From: Gemmatimonadota bacterium
GTDB taxonomy: Bacteria > Gemmatimonadota > Gemmatimonadetes > Palauibacterales > Palauibacteraceae
Assembly (NCBI GenBank): GCA_039590175.1
Contig: JBDHFW010000006.1
Location: 23,403-87,402, forward strand
DNA: 64,000 nucleotides
Reading direction: 5' to 3'
The notes beneath the pieces were generated by a model, which searched no databases, had not been told where the DNA came from, and saw only the letters and a list, made by a program, of their open reading frames with translations. This document shows, piece after piece, positions 18,581 through 27,275 of the stretch; positions within the stretch are counted from its first letter, which is position 1, and every line of letters begins with the position of its first letter. The translations under genes and the position numbers were made by a program.

Positions 18581-20030
18581 TCACGCTGGCGCATCGACGC
18601 CCCCCGAGCCAGCGCGCTGCAGTCCCAGATAGACGAGAAACGACACGCTCGCGGCCGAGAACCACGCTCCCTGGAAAAGGAAAGCAAGACGCTCGTCGAG
18701 GGTTCCGATCAGAGCGACACCAATTCCGGCGACGAGGGCGATGATCGCCGATCGGTTGATCCCGCCCCGATACCAGTAGGGCCCCGCCTTCCGGTAGAGG
18801 CCGGCCAGGTCGAGCCGTGTCCTCCGGACCAGGAGGTAGTCGCACACGATCACACCACCTACGGCGCCGAGCAGTCCCGAGTAGCTGATGAGCCAGGTCT
18901 GGTACATCTCCAGCAGCTTCCAGGGAACGATGACGATCCCGATGAGCCCGGCGATCGTTCCGCCCATCCGGAAGCTTATCCGGCGCGGTGCCAGGTTGGC
19001 AAAGCTGTTGGCGGGTGCCACGACGTTGGCGGCGATGTTCGTGCTCAGCGTAGCGACGACGAGAAAGAACATGGCCCCGAGTCCGAGGAGCCGGCTGTTG
19101 GCCTCGGCCGTCACCCGAGCCAGGAGGTCGATCGGGTTCCAGATCGCTTCGCCGTAGATGACCAGGGTCGCGCTCGTTACGGCGACCCCCACGAAGGCGA
19201 AGAGCGGCATGGTCGTCAGAAGGCCCAGCGCCTGTCCCGAGAGCTGGTCCTTTTGGCTCTTCGCATAGCGTGTGAAGTCCGGGATGTTCAGGGACAGCGT
19301 CGCCCAATATCCGACCATCGCAGTCAGCCAGGGCACGAAGAGCACGAGCAGGAAACGAGAGGTGGGAAGGGGTTCTTCCGCGCGGATCAGCGCGTTCGAT
19401 TCTCGCAGGATCGTGCCCAGGTCCCCCACCCGGCCCACCGCCCAGACGAAGAGCGCGGCGCCCATCAACAGCAGGACCGGCGCCGCGAGCGCCTCCAACC
19501 ACTTGATGGACTCCGTCCCCGCCCAGACGAAGTACATGTTGATGAGCCAGAAGATCAGGAAGCTCAGATAGTGCGAAAAGCCGTACCCCATGAGCTCCCA
19601 CGAGCCTCCCATCCGAGCCCACGTCGGCCACAGGGTCGACAGGAGGACGTGTATCGCCAGCCCGCCGATCCACGTCTGGATGCCGAACCAGCCGCATGCC
19701 ACGATCGAGCGCAGCAGCGACGGCACCTGCGCTCCCCTCAGCCCGAAGGCGGCCCGTGCGTACACCGGGAACGGGATCCCGTACCGGGTGCCCGCGTGGC
19801 CGTTGATCGCCAGGGGAACGAACACGATGGCGTTGCCGAGCAGGATCGTCATCAGGCTCTGCCACCAGTTCATCCCGCTCTCGATCATGCTGGCCGCGAG
19901 CATGTAGGTCGGGATGCACACGCTCATGGCGACCCAGAGCGAGGCCAGGTTCCACCGGTTCGGAGCCGGAGGCTCGCTCCGCGGCCACGGCCAGGGCCTC
20001 GCGTGTGAGCACCTCGACGAGCCGGCTGCG
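18581..20030 (-). CDS. NCS1-family nucleobase:cation symporter (cytosine/purine/uracil/hydantoin/allantoin permease family). The start is upstream of the track M; about 20030 is approximate.
   Basis: NRWNLASLWVAMSVCIPTYMLAASM is the TM1 signature, and the ORF continues in-frame upstream of 19927. 12-TM topology. CDYLLVRRTRLDLAGLYRKAGPYWYRGGIN is the NCS1 C-terminal motif. Confidence 0.75.
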
Positions 20031-20891
20031 ATAGGCCGCCGACGCGTGCATGTCCTCCATGGACTCGAGCTCTCCGGCGGCGGTGCGTGCGGCGTCCTCC
20101 ATGACCGTTGCGGCGGGCTTCTCCCCGATCAGAGCGCCCGCCGCGCTCGTGGCCAGGGCCGGGGCACCTCCTACGCCCAGATAGACGAGGCGAGCCTCCT
20201 GGATGCGCCCATCGACATCTAGAGTCAGCTTGGTCGCCAGCCCGGCGAGCGCGTAGTCGCCCTGACGGCGGGCGATCTCGCGAAACGCGCACCCAGTCCG
20301 TGGACGTGGGCCGGCTAAGGCGATCTCGATGAGGAGCTCGTCCGGCTCCAGGATCGTGCCGAAGAGGCCGAGAAAGAACTCCTCCGCGCGCACCCAGCGT
20401 TCACCATCCGGCCCACGTATCCGGCAGTTCGCATCCAGGGCGAGCAGGGCGGCGGGAATCTCGGAGGCCGGATCGGCGTGTACGGCGCTTCCGCCGAACG
20501 TCCCCCGGTTCCTGATCTGGGGGTGGGCGATGTGAGGCATCATCTCCGTCAGCAGCGGCGCGCGCTCGGCCACCAGCTCGCTTCTCTCCACAACCCTCTG
20601 CCGGGTCATGGCTCCGATCCCCACTCCGCCGGCGACCGGTCCGCCAGCAGCTCTCTCCTCCCCTCCCTGGCCGCCGTCCCCAACCTCGTCCCCGGCGGGT
20701 CGAACGAAGGCCAGCTCCTCGATCCGGTTCAGGTCGACGAGGACGGCGGGCCTGGCGAGCCGGAAGTTCATGGCCGGGATGAGGCTCTGACCCCCGGCCA
20801 GAGCTTTCGCATCCCAACCGTGCTCCCTTAACAGGGCGAGCGCCTCCTCGACCGAATCGGGAGCGTGGTACTCGAAGGACGCCGGCTTCAC
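19950..20891 (-). CDS. Xanthine-dehydrogenase-family FAD-binding medium subunit (CoxM-like). GTG start at 20891; the 3' end is undefined because no in-frame stop exists until 18564.
   Basis: VKPASFEYHAPDSVEEALALLREHGWDAKALAGGQSLIPAMNFRLARPAVLVDLNRIEEL, GAMTRQRVVERSELVAERAPLL and the C-terminus AAYRSRLVEVLTREALAVAAERA. The 5' end of the NCS1 gene overlaps in another frame. Confidence 0.6.
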
Positions 20892-23296
20892 GCGCCCTGC
20901 TCCCCACCGCCGGCACGGGCCTTCTCGATGAGCGCGAAGAGACGGTTCGGGCTCAGGGGGATGTCGCGGACCTCCAGTCCCGGCGCCCACTCCTTCAGGG
21001 CGTCTTCCACCGCCTGAGCGAACAGCGCCGCCACCGGAATCGCCCCCGCTTCGCCCACACCCTTGATCCCGAGGGGGTTGAGGGGCGATGGGGTCTCGAT
21101 GTGCGCGGTCTGGATCGGCGGCACGTCGGTCGCCGTCGGCAACAGGTAGTCCATGAAGGACGCGTTGTGAAGCTGGCCCTCGGAATCGCAGTCGAGCTCC
21201 TCGTAGAACGCGTTTCCGATTCCGTGAGCGACGCCGCCGTGGATCTGGCCCTCCACGATCAGCGGGTTGATGACCGTGCCGCAGTCGTGCACGACCACGT
21301 ACCGCTCGATCTCGACCATCGCCGTCTCCGGGTCCACGCTCACGACCATCGCGTGAACTCCGCTCGCGGTGGCGCCACGCCGGGGGCCGAAGTATGACGT
21401 GGCCTCCAGACCCGGCTCGGTGCCCGGCTCAACGGCGCCGCGCAGGGGATTCGAGCGGAGCGCGAGCTCGCCGAGCCCGATCGATACATCCGGCGCTCCC
21501 TGCACCCTCACCACACCCTCCGTGAGCTCCAGATCTCCCTCCGCGACCTCCAGGATGTCGCCCGCCTTGCGGAGGATCTTCTCCCGGACCGCGACGGCCG
21601 CCGCGTGGCAGGCGTTTCCCGCCACGACCGCGCCGCGGCTGGCAAACGTGCCGGTCCCCCAGTGGAACTCGCGGGTATCGCCGGTCACGACCCGGACGTC
21701 GGTCACCTCCACACCGAGCTGGTCCGCGACGATCTGGGCGAAGGATGTGAAGTGCCCCTGTCCCTGCGTGCCCACGCCCGTGACCAGGCAGACCTTTCCG
21801 CTCGCCTCGACGCGGACCCTGGCGCCTTCGTACGGCCCGATGCCCGTGCCCTCGATGTAGGAGACGATCCCGGTCCCCCTCAGGCGCTTTTGGCGGGACG
21901 ACCCTTTTCCGTCCTCCCCGTCCGCGGCCGGGCTCCCTCCGCCCGGCTCGGTCCGGGCCGCACCCTCTGGCTCGTACGCGATCAGCTCGATCGCCTTGTC
22001 AAGAGCCGGCTCGTAGTCGCCGCTGTCGTAGACGAGCGGGGCGAAGTCCTGGAAGAGGATCTCGTTGTCGTGCGGAAACGCGTCCGGCGAGAGGAAGTTG
22101 CGACGCCGGATCTCGGCCCGATCCAGCCCCAGCTCACGGGCCGCCAGATCGAGGAGACGCTCCATGATGAAGACGCCCTGCTGCCGCCCGGCTCCCCGGA
22201 TCGGCGTCACGATCGGACGGTTGGTGAAGGCGACGCGGAACTCGCTGTAGTAGCTCGGGACGTTGTAGGGGCCGAGCAGCGTGCACTGCGTGTTGATCGG
22301 CAGGGTGAGACCGTACGGGTTGTAGGCGCCCGTGTCGTGTACGAACACGTCCCTCACCCCCAGGATCCGCCCATCCGAGCTCAGCGCGATCTCGGCCTCA
22401 TGCAGCTGTCCCCTCTCCTGGGTCGTCGAGAAGAAATTCTCGAACCGGTCCTCGATCCACTTCACCGGCCGGCCGAGGCGCATAGAGATCCAGGGGAGGA
22501 GCACTTCGTCCGGATAGAACATCATGATCTTGGGGCCGAAGCCGCCGCCGATGAACGGGGCGACGACTCGAACCTGCGACTCGGAGAGACCCAGCATCGA
22601 GGCGAGCCCGTTGCGGATCGGGATCGGCGCCTGGGTGGTGTCCCAGACGGTCAGCTGGACCGAGCGCTCGTCCCAGTGTGCCAGAACCCCGCGGTTCTCC
22701 ATGGCCGCCGAGACGCCCCGATCGTACGTGAAATCTCGCCCGAGGACGAGATCAGCCACGGCTCGCGCGGCATCGTAGTCGCCCTTCGTCTGAACGGCGT
22801 GCGCCGCCAGGTTGGATCCGAGGTCCTCGTGGATGACCGGAGCACCCTCGGCGAGGGCGGCCCGGACGTCGGCCACGGCGTCCAGGGGCTCGAGATCCAC
22901 GATCACGTCTTCCACCGCATCCTCGGCCACGTAGCGGCTCTCCGCCACGACGACGGCGATCGGCTCTCCGACGTGTCGGACCTTCTCTCTGGCGAGCGGC
23001 ACCTGTGTCCGCGCCTCGAAGGTCAGCCCCTCGATCGGCGCCGGAGGCACGAGCAGCGGCCCGGGCTGCCAGTACTCGCCGAGGTCGGCCGCCGTGAAGA
23101 CCCCGATCACGCCGGGATGCTCGAGGGCAGGCGCCGCGTCCACGCTTCGCAGGAGACCATGTGCCACATCGCTGCGCACGAACGCGGCGTGCAGCGTGCC
23201 GGGGAGCTGCACATCGTCGACGAAGGTGGCCCGGCCCGTGAGGAGCGCCTCGTCCTCGTTGCGCCGGATCCTCGCCCCGAAGTACCGCGAGCTCAC
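20888..23296 (-). CDS. Xanthine-dehydrogenase-family molybdopterin-binding large subunit (CoxL-like). Not form I: it carries PIRGAGR instead of AYRCSFR.
   Basis: About 800 aa. [81 protein letters not shown]. The probable GTG start at 23296 overlaps the small-subunit stop (GTGA). Its stop overlaps the medium-subunit GTG (GTGA). Confidence 0.8.
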   Translation of the reverse strand: MSSRYFGARIRRNEDEALLTGRATFVDDVQLPGTLHAAFVRSDVAHGLLRSVDAAPALEHPGVIGVFTAADLGEYWQPGPLLVPPAPIEGLTFEARTQVPLAREKVRHVGEPIAVVVAESRYVAEDAVEDVIVDLEPLDAVADVRAALAEGAPVIHEDLGSNLAAHAVQTKGDYDAARAVADLVLGRDFTYDRGVSAAMENRGVLAHWDERSVQLTVWDTTQAPIPIRNGLASMLGLSESQVRVVAPFIGGGFGPKIMMFYPDEVLLPWISMRLGRPVKWIEDRFENFFSTTQERGQLHEAEIALSSDGRILGVRDVFVHDTGAYNPYGLTLPINTQCTLLGPYNVPSYYSEFRVAFTNRPIVTPIRGAGRQQGVFIMERLLDLAARELGLDRAEIRRRNFLSPDAFPHDNEILFQDFAPLVYDSGDYEPALDKAIELIAYEPEGAARTEPGGGSPAADGEDGKGSSRQKRLRGTGIVSYIEGTGIGPYEGARVRVEASGKVCLVTGVGTQGQGHFTSFAQIVADQLGVEVTDVRVVTGDTREFHWGTGTFASRGAVVAGNACHAAAVAVREKILRKAGDILEVAEGDLELTEGVVRVQGAPDVSIGLGELALRSNPLRGAVEPGTEPGLEATSYFGPRRGATASGVHAMVVSVDPETAMVEIERYVVVHDCGTVINPLIVEGQIHGGVAHGIGNAFYEELDCDSEGQLHNASFMDYLLPTATDVPPIQTAHIETPSPLNPLGIKGVGEAGAIPVAALFAQAVEDALKEWAPGLEVRDIPLSPNRLFALIEKARAGGGEQGA

Positions 23297-23781
23297 GGGT
23301 CCCCTCCGAGGTCGGCTGCGGCCGCCGCGACCGCCTCCACGATCTTCTGATAGCCGGTGCACCGGCAGAGGTTACCCGACAGCGCTTCCCTGACCTGGAG
23401 CTCGGTCGGATCGAGGACCTCGTCCAGAAACGCAACCATCGTCATGAGGATCCCGGGCGTACAGAAGCCGCACTGGAGGCCGTGGGCCTCCTTGAAGGCG
23501 GCCTGAAGCGGGTGCAGGCCGTCATCCCGCTCGAGCCCTTCCACCGTGCCGATGGTGGTGCCGTCTGCCTGAACGGCGAAGACGAGACACGCCCGGACGG
23601 GCTTACCGTCGAGTAGGATGGTGCAGGCGCCACAGACGCCGTGCTCGCATCCCACGTGCGTGCCCGACAGGCCGAGCTCGTGGCGCAGGAAGTCGCTGAG
23701 GAGGAGGCGAGGCTCGACTGAGCGCTGGTACCGTTCACCGTTCACCGTCACTCGGATGGGGACGGCCTGCGTCGCGTCCAT
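23293..23781 (-). CDS. (2Fe-2S)-binding small subunit of the XDH-family enzyme (CoxS-like)
   Basis: MDATQAVPIRVTVNGERYQ...[26 protein letters not shown]...GLQCGFCTPGILMT...[16 protein letters not shown]. Both [2Fe-2S] cysteine clusters are present. Confidence 0.85.
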   Translation of the reverse strand: MDATQAVPIRVTVNGERYQRSVEPRLLLSDFLRHELGLSGTHVGCEHGVCGACTILLDGKPVRACLVFAVQADGTTIGTVEGLERDDGLHPLQAAFKEAHGLQCGFCTPGILMTMVAFLDEVLDPTELQVREALSGNLCRCTGYQKIVEAVAAAAADLGGDP

Positions 23782-23803
23782 GGCTCCTCCCTGCCGTCCG
23801 CCG

Positions 23804-25076
23804 CTAGCTGGCGGCCAGCGCCTGCTCCAGGTCCGCCAGAATGTCCTCGTAGTGCTCCACACCCACCGAGATCCGCACCATCGACGGACCGATCCCTTCC
23901 CGCCCCCTCTCCTCGGGAGGCACGTCGGCATGAGTCATGGCCGCGGGATGCTCAGCCAGCGATTCCGTGCTACCGAGGCTGACCGCCAGCTTCACGAGCT
24001 TGAGGGCGTTCAGAAAGCGGAACGCACCCTCCTCGCCGCCTTCGACATTGAAAGAGATCAGTGACCCCGGAGCGAGACACTGGGTGCGATAGACGTCGAA
24101 CATGGGGTGATCCTCGGTCATCAGGCCCAGGTAGTTCACGCCGCGCACCTTCGGGTGGTCGTGCAGATAGTCCGCGACGTACCTGGCGTTCTTCACCTGC
24201 GCCGTCATGCGCATCTTGAGCGTCTCGAGGCTCCTCATCAGCAACCACCCGGTCCACGGATCCGCGCCGGAGCCGATAAAAGTCCTCAGCGTCCGTACCG
24301 TGTCGAGCGCCATGGAGCCTCCCAGGCACGCGCCGGCGATCACGTCGCTGTGGCCCCCGATGAACTTCGTCGCGGAATAGAGCACGAGGTCGGCGCCGTG
24401 ACGCATCGGATGCTGCCAGAGCGGGCCCAGGAAGGTGTTGTCCACCATGACGATCGGAGGCTCGCCGTCCTGCCCCACCGAGCGGGCCAGACCGACCGTG
24501 CCTTCGATATCGACCAGAGCGTTGGTCGGGTTCGAGGGCGTCTCGATGAGGACGACCTTGAGCGGACCGTCGCCCACGTCCTCGCGGATGCCCTCTTCGA
24601 CATCGGCGATCGGCCGTCCGGCGGGAAACGGAACGGACCTGATCCCGAACTCGGGCAGGATGTGGTTCACCAGATAGTCCGTCCCGCCGTACAGCGGCTC
24701 GCTGTGCAGCAACACGTCTCCCGGCCTCAGGAAGGCGAGCAGGGCGGTGGAGATCGCCGCCATGCCGCTCTCGAACACGGCGGCGGCCTCGGCCTCGTCC
24801 CACAGCGTCAGACGATCCTCGAGGATCTCCAGATCCGGATTGTTGAGGCGGCTGCGGTCCCTTCTCGCGCAGCCCCAGGGCGATCTCGAAGTAGGCCTTT
24901 CCTGCCTCGGCGCTCTCGAACACGAACGTGGACGTTTGAAAGATCGGGGATTTCAGCGCCCCCTCCGAGAGCGCCGGATCGTAGCCGTAGCTCATCATCA
25001 AGCTCTCGGGGCGAAGACGATGTTTCCCGATGTGGGTCTTCTTGTATCGTGGGAGCTTCGCGTCGTCGCTCATCAT
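23804..25076 (-). pseudogene. Cys/Met-metabolism PLP-dependent enzyme (methionine gamma-lyase / cystathionine gamma-synthase family) split by one apparent frameshift near 24835-24850
   Basis: N-terminal frame: SPIFQTSTFVFESAEAGKAYFEIALGLREKGPQP. C-terminal frame: (RLNNPDLEILEDRLTLWDEAEAAAV)FESGMAAISTALLAF...YSATKFIGGHSDV...GSTESLAEHPAAMTHA. The two are collinear and homologous to a single protein family. The PLP lysine context SATKFIGGH is intact. Confidence 0.6.
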
Positions 25077-25170
25077 GGCTCCTGCGCTCTCGGACTCTGC
25101 CGTTGACCTCCGCTCACCAGCGGCGTGAGACGGAGGATCTGTCCCGAGCGTCGTAGGCGGGTTTGGTTGG

Positions 25171-25491
25171 CTACGCGGTCGCTTCCGGTGCTCCCTCCTC
25201 GGACGTGGGATCGAGCATCCGCTCGACTCTCGATATGCGAGTCAGCGGGAACCCACCTCGTTCGGCATGCTCGTGGAGCAGCTTCTCCTCCTTCGCGATG
25301 TACACACAGTACAGCTTTTCATCGGAAACGTAACTCTGCACCCACTGAATGTCGGGGCCGAGGGATCGAAGGACATCGCAGGACTTCTGCGCGACTTTCT
25401 GGAACTGCTCATCGGTGAGGCTACCCGCTCCCGGCAAATCGCGCTCGATGACGAATTTCGGCAAGAGATTCTCCCTTCGGTCGAGGTCCAT
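25171..25491 (-). CDS. DUF4242-family small protein
   Basis: MDLDRRENLLPKFVIERDLPGAGSLTDEQFQKVAQKSCDVLRSLGPDIQWVQSYVSDEKLYCVYIAKEEKLLHEHAERGGFP matches the DUF4242 consensus. Confidence 0.7.
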   Translation of the reverse strand: MDLDRRENLLPKFVIERDLPGAGSLTDEQFQKVAQKSCDVLRSLGPDIQWVQSYVSDEKLYCVYIAKEEKLLHEHAERGGFPLTRISRVERMLDPTSEEGAPEATA

Positions 25492-25566
25492 CTCGGTCTC
25501 GTGCGGCAACCCCGGCAAGATACGGAGAGTTGGCCCGCCCATGTAGTCCGGCCCGCTTGACGTTGT

Positions 25567-25602
25567 ATCGATATATCGCTATCGTTCGTTACCGATATAT
25601 CG
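25567..25602. promoter_or_regulatory. Two AT-rich palindromes (probable PadR operator) between the divergent DUF4242 and PadR genes
   Basis: ATCGATATATCG at 25567-25578 and CCGATATATCG at 25592-25602. Both lie in a locally AT-rich patch preceded by TTGACG at 25556. Confidence 0.4.
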
Positions 25603-25659
25603 TAACTTGGCTCGACGGTCGCCCCGCGGGGGTGCCGTCGGAAGAACGGGAGAGCGAGG

Positions 25660-26253
25660 ATGGGCCGTAAGTGCAACGATTTCGGCTTCGGCGAGTGGGC
25701 GGCGTTCTGCGGCCCGGGCTTCGCCGCGTTCGGCCCCCGCGTTCGGAGCGGAAGGGGCCGGCAGCGCTTCGGACGACGGGGGGACCTCAAGTACGTGATC
25801 CTCAGCCTCCTCGACGAGCGGCCGATGCACGGCTACGAGATCATCCGTCGCCTCGAGGAGGACTCGGGCGGCGTGTACACGCCGAGCCCGGGCTCCGTCT
25901 ACCCTACCCTGCAGATGCTCGAAGACCAGGGCTGCGTGATCTCCGAGCAGCAGGAGGGCAAGCGCGTTTACCGCATCACGGATGAAGGGCGCGAGCTGCT
26001 GGGTGAGCACGGTGACCGAGTGTCGGATTTCACCGACCGTTTCTCCGAGTTCACCGACCGTTTGTCGACGGGCGGCATGGGCGACCTCACTCGCTCGTTC
26101 GTTCGGCTGGCGCAGGTCAGCTTCGAACGGGCGACGCGGAAGACGGCCGATCCCGAGGCGCTCGGAAAACTGCAGGAGATCCTGGAGCGCGCGACGCGAG
26201 AGGTCGAGGAGAGCTGGCCCGGACCGGGCAAGCGGGCGAGCAGCAAGAGCTGA
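25660..26253 (+). CDS. PadR-family transcriptional regulator with a Gly/Arg-rich N-terminal extension
   Basis: LKYVILSLLDERPMHGYEIIRRLEEDSGGVYTPSPGSVYPTLQMLEDQGCVISEQQEGKRVYRITDEGRELL is the PadR winged-helix domain. Confidence 0.8.
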   Translation: MGRKCNDFGFGEWAAFCGPGFAAFGPRVRSGRGRQRFGRRGDLKYVILSLLDERPMHGYEIIRRLEEDSGGVYTPSPGSVYPTLQMLEDQGCVISEQQEGKRVYRITDEGRELLGEHGDRVSDFTDRFSEFTDRLSTGGMGDLTRSFVRLAQVSFERATRKTADPEALGKLQEILERATREVEESWPGPGKRASSKS

Positions 26254-26285
26254 GCGAAACGTGGATCGAGACGAAGGATGGGACG

Positions 26286-26630
26286 ATGCCTGACTGGGTG
26301 ATCTGGGTGGCGATCGCGGTCTTCTTCATGAGTTGGCGGCGCAGCCGGGCCTGTTGCGGCATGGGAGTGACGAGGCTCCGCGGGCACCGAGAGAGGATGC
26401 GCGACCGCATGACGAATGGTGGAGTGACGGGTTCCCACTCGCAGCCGAGACTGGCGAGCGGACGGGAGGAGTGGCTCGGCGGGAACCCTCAGCCCCGATC
26501 TCGAAGCGGGAAGGTGAAAGCGACCCGGCGAGAGACTCCGCTAGAGGCGCTCCAGAGGAAGTTCGTGAGCGGCCCCATGACCCTGGAGCAGTACGAGGCC
26601 GAGTTGGACAAGCTCGAGCGGCTGGAGTAG
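26286..26630 (+). CDS. Hypothetical small membrane protein with a SHOCT-like C-terminus
   Basis: N-terminal TM segment WVIWVAIAVFFMSW. C-terminus PLEALQRKFVSGPMTLEQYEAELDKLERLE resembles the short C-terminal SHOCT motif. Sits immediately downstream of PadR. Confidence 0.45.
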   Translation: MPDWVIWVAIAVFFMSWRRSRACCGMGVTRLRGHRERMRDRMTNGGVTGSHSQPRLASGREEWLGGNPQPRSRSGKVKATRRETPLEALQRKFVSGPMTLEQYEAELDKLERLE

Positions 26631-26710
26631 CCCCCGGTCAGGCAGAGCCCTCGGATACCCCGAAGCCCGAGGTTCCCGGCCGGCTCCGAGCGGGCGGGCC
26701 GCGAGGGGGA

Positions 26711-27169
26711 TCAGCCCTCCAGCTTCTGCGTCATGCAGTCGGTGAAACGGCCGAACATGAAGTCGGCCACGTTCTGAATGATGCCGCCGCGGCCGAACGA
26801 GGCCAGGCGGCCCGCCAGGCTGACGGTCTGGGACACGTCGACGTGGGTTCCGCCGTCATCCATGGGCCTGAGCTTGCTGTGCATCTGCATCTTCACGCTG
26901 CCCGAGCCCCGCGCATCCTTCCCTTCGCCGTGCATCGAGACCTCGCGGTTCTCGACGTCCAGCTTGTCGAAGTGGATGATGCCCTCGAAGGTCACCCCGA
27001 TCGGACCCAGGCGGACGCCCATCTCGCCGCGGAAGTTCCGGTCGTCTACCCTCTCGGTGAGCTTCGCCGCGGGCAGGCATTCCACGACGCGCTCGGGGGT
27101 GGTAAGGAAGTCCCACACCTCCTCCACCGTCTGGTTGATCTCGAAGCTCTTCTGAATCTCGATCGCCAC
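26711..27169 (-). CDS. coxG: SRPBCC-family protein (carbon monoxide dehydrogenase subunit G, CoxG-like)
   Basis: VAIEIQKSFEINQTVEEVWDFLTTPERVVECLPAAKLTERVDDRNFRGEMGVRLGPIGVTFEGIIHFDKLDVENREVSMHGEGKDARGSG matches the CoxG pattern. A GTG start is proposed. Confidence 0.65.
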   Translation of the reverse strand: MAIEIQKSFEINQTVEEVWDFLTTPERVVECLPAAKLTERVDDRNFRGEMGVRLGPIGVTFEGIIHFDKLDVENREVSMHGEGKDARGSGSVKMQMHSKLRPMDDGGTHVDVSQTVSLAGRLASFGRGGIIQNVADFMFGRFTDCMTQKLEG

Positions 27170-27275
27170 GTGGCGTCTCCTTGTCCGTGCTTGCGAACGG
27201 CGACCCAAGTCTTCGTCGTCAGGTCGGCGCCGAAAGTCTAGCCGCGCGTGGTGCACCGCAAGCGGCGTCCGCTGT

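Noticed and set aside
18564-20990. 808-aa minus-strand ORF in the track
   Set aside because: Only the first about 310 codons (the CoxM-like protein from GTG 20891) look like protein. The remainder is Arg/Gly/Pro-rich and runs antiparallel-frame through the well-supported NCS1 permease gene. It is an artefact of a missing stop plus high GC.
21605-23350. 581-aa plus-strand ORF
   Set aside because: It lies antisense inside the CoxL-like large-subunit gene, which has clear family motifs. The shadow ORF is Arg/Asp/Gly-rich with no domain features.
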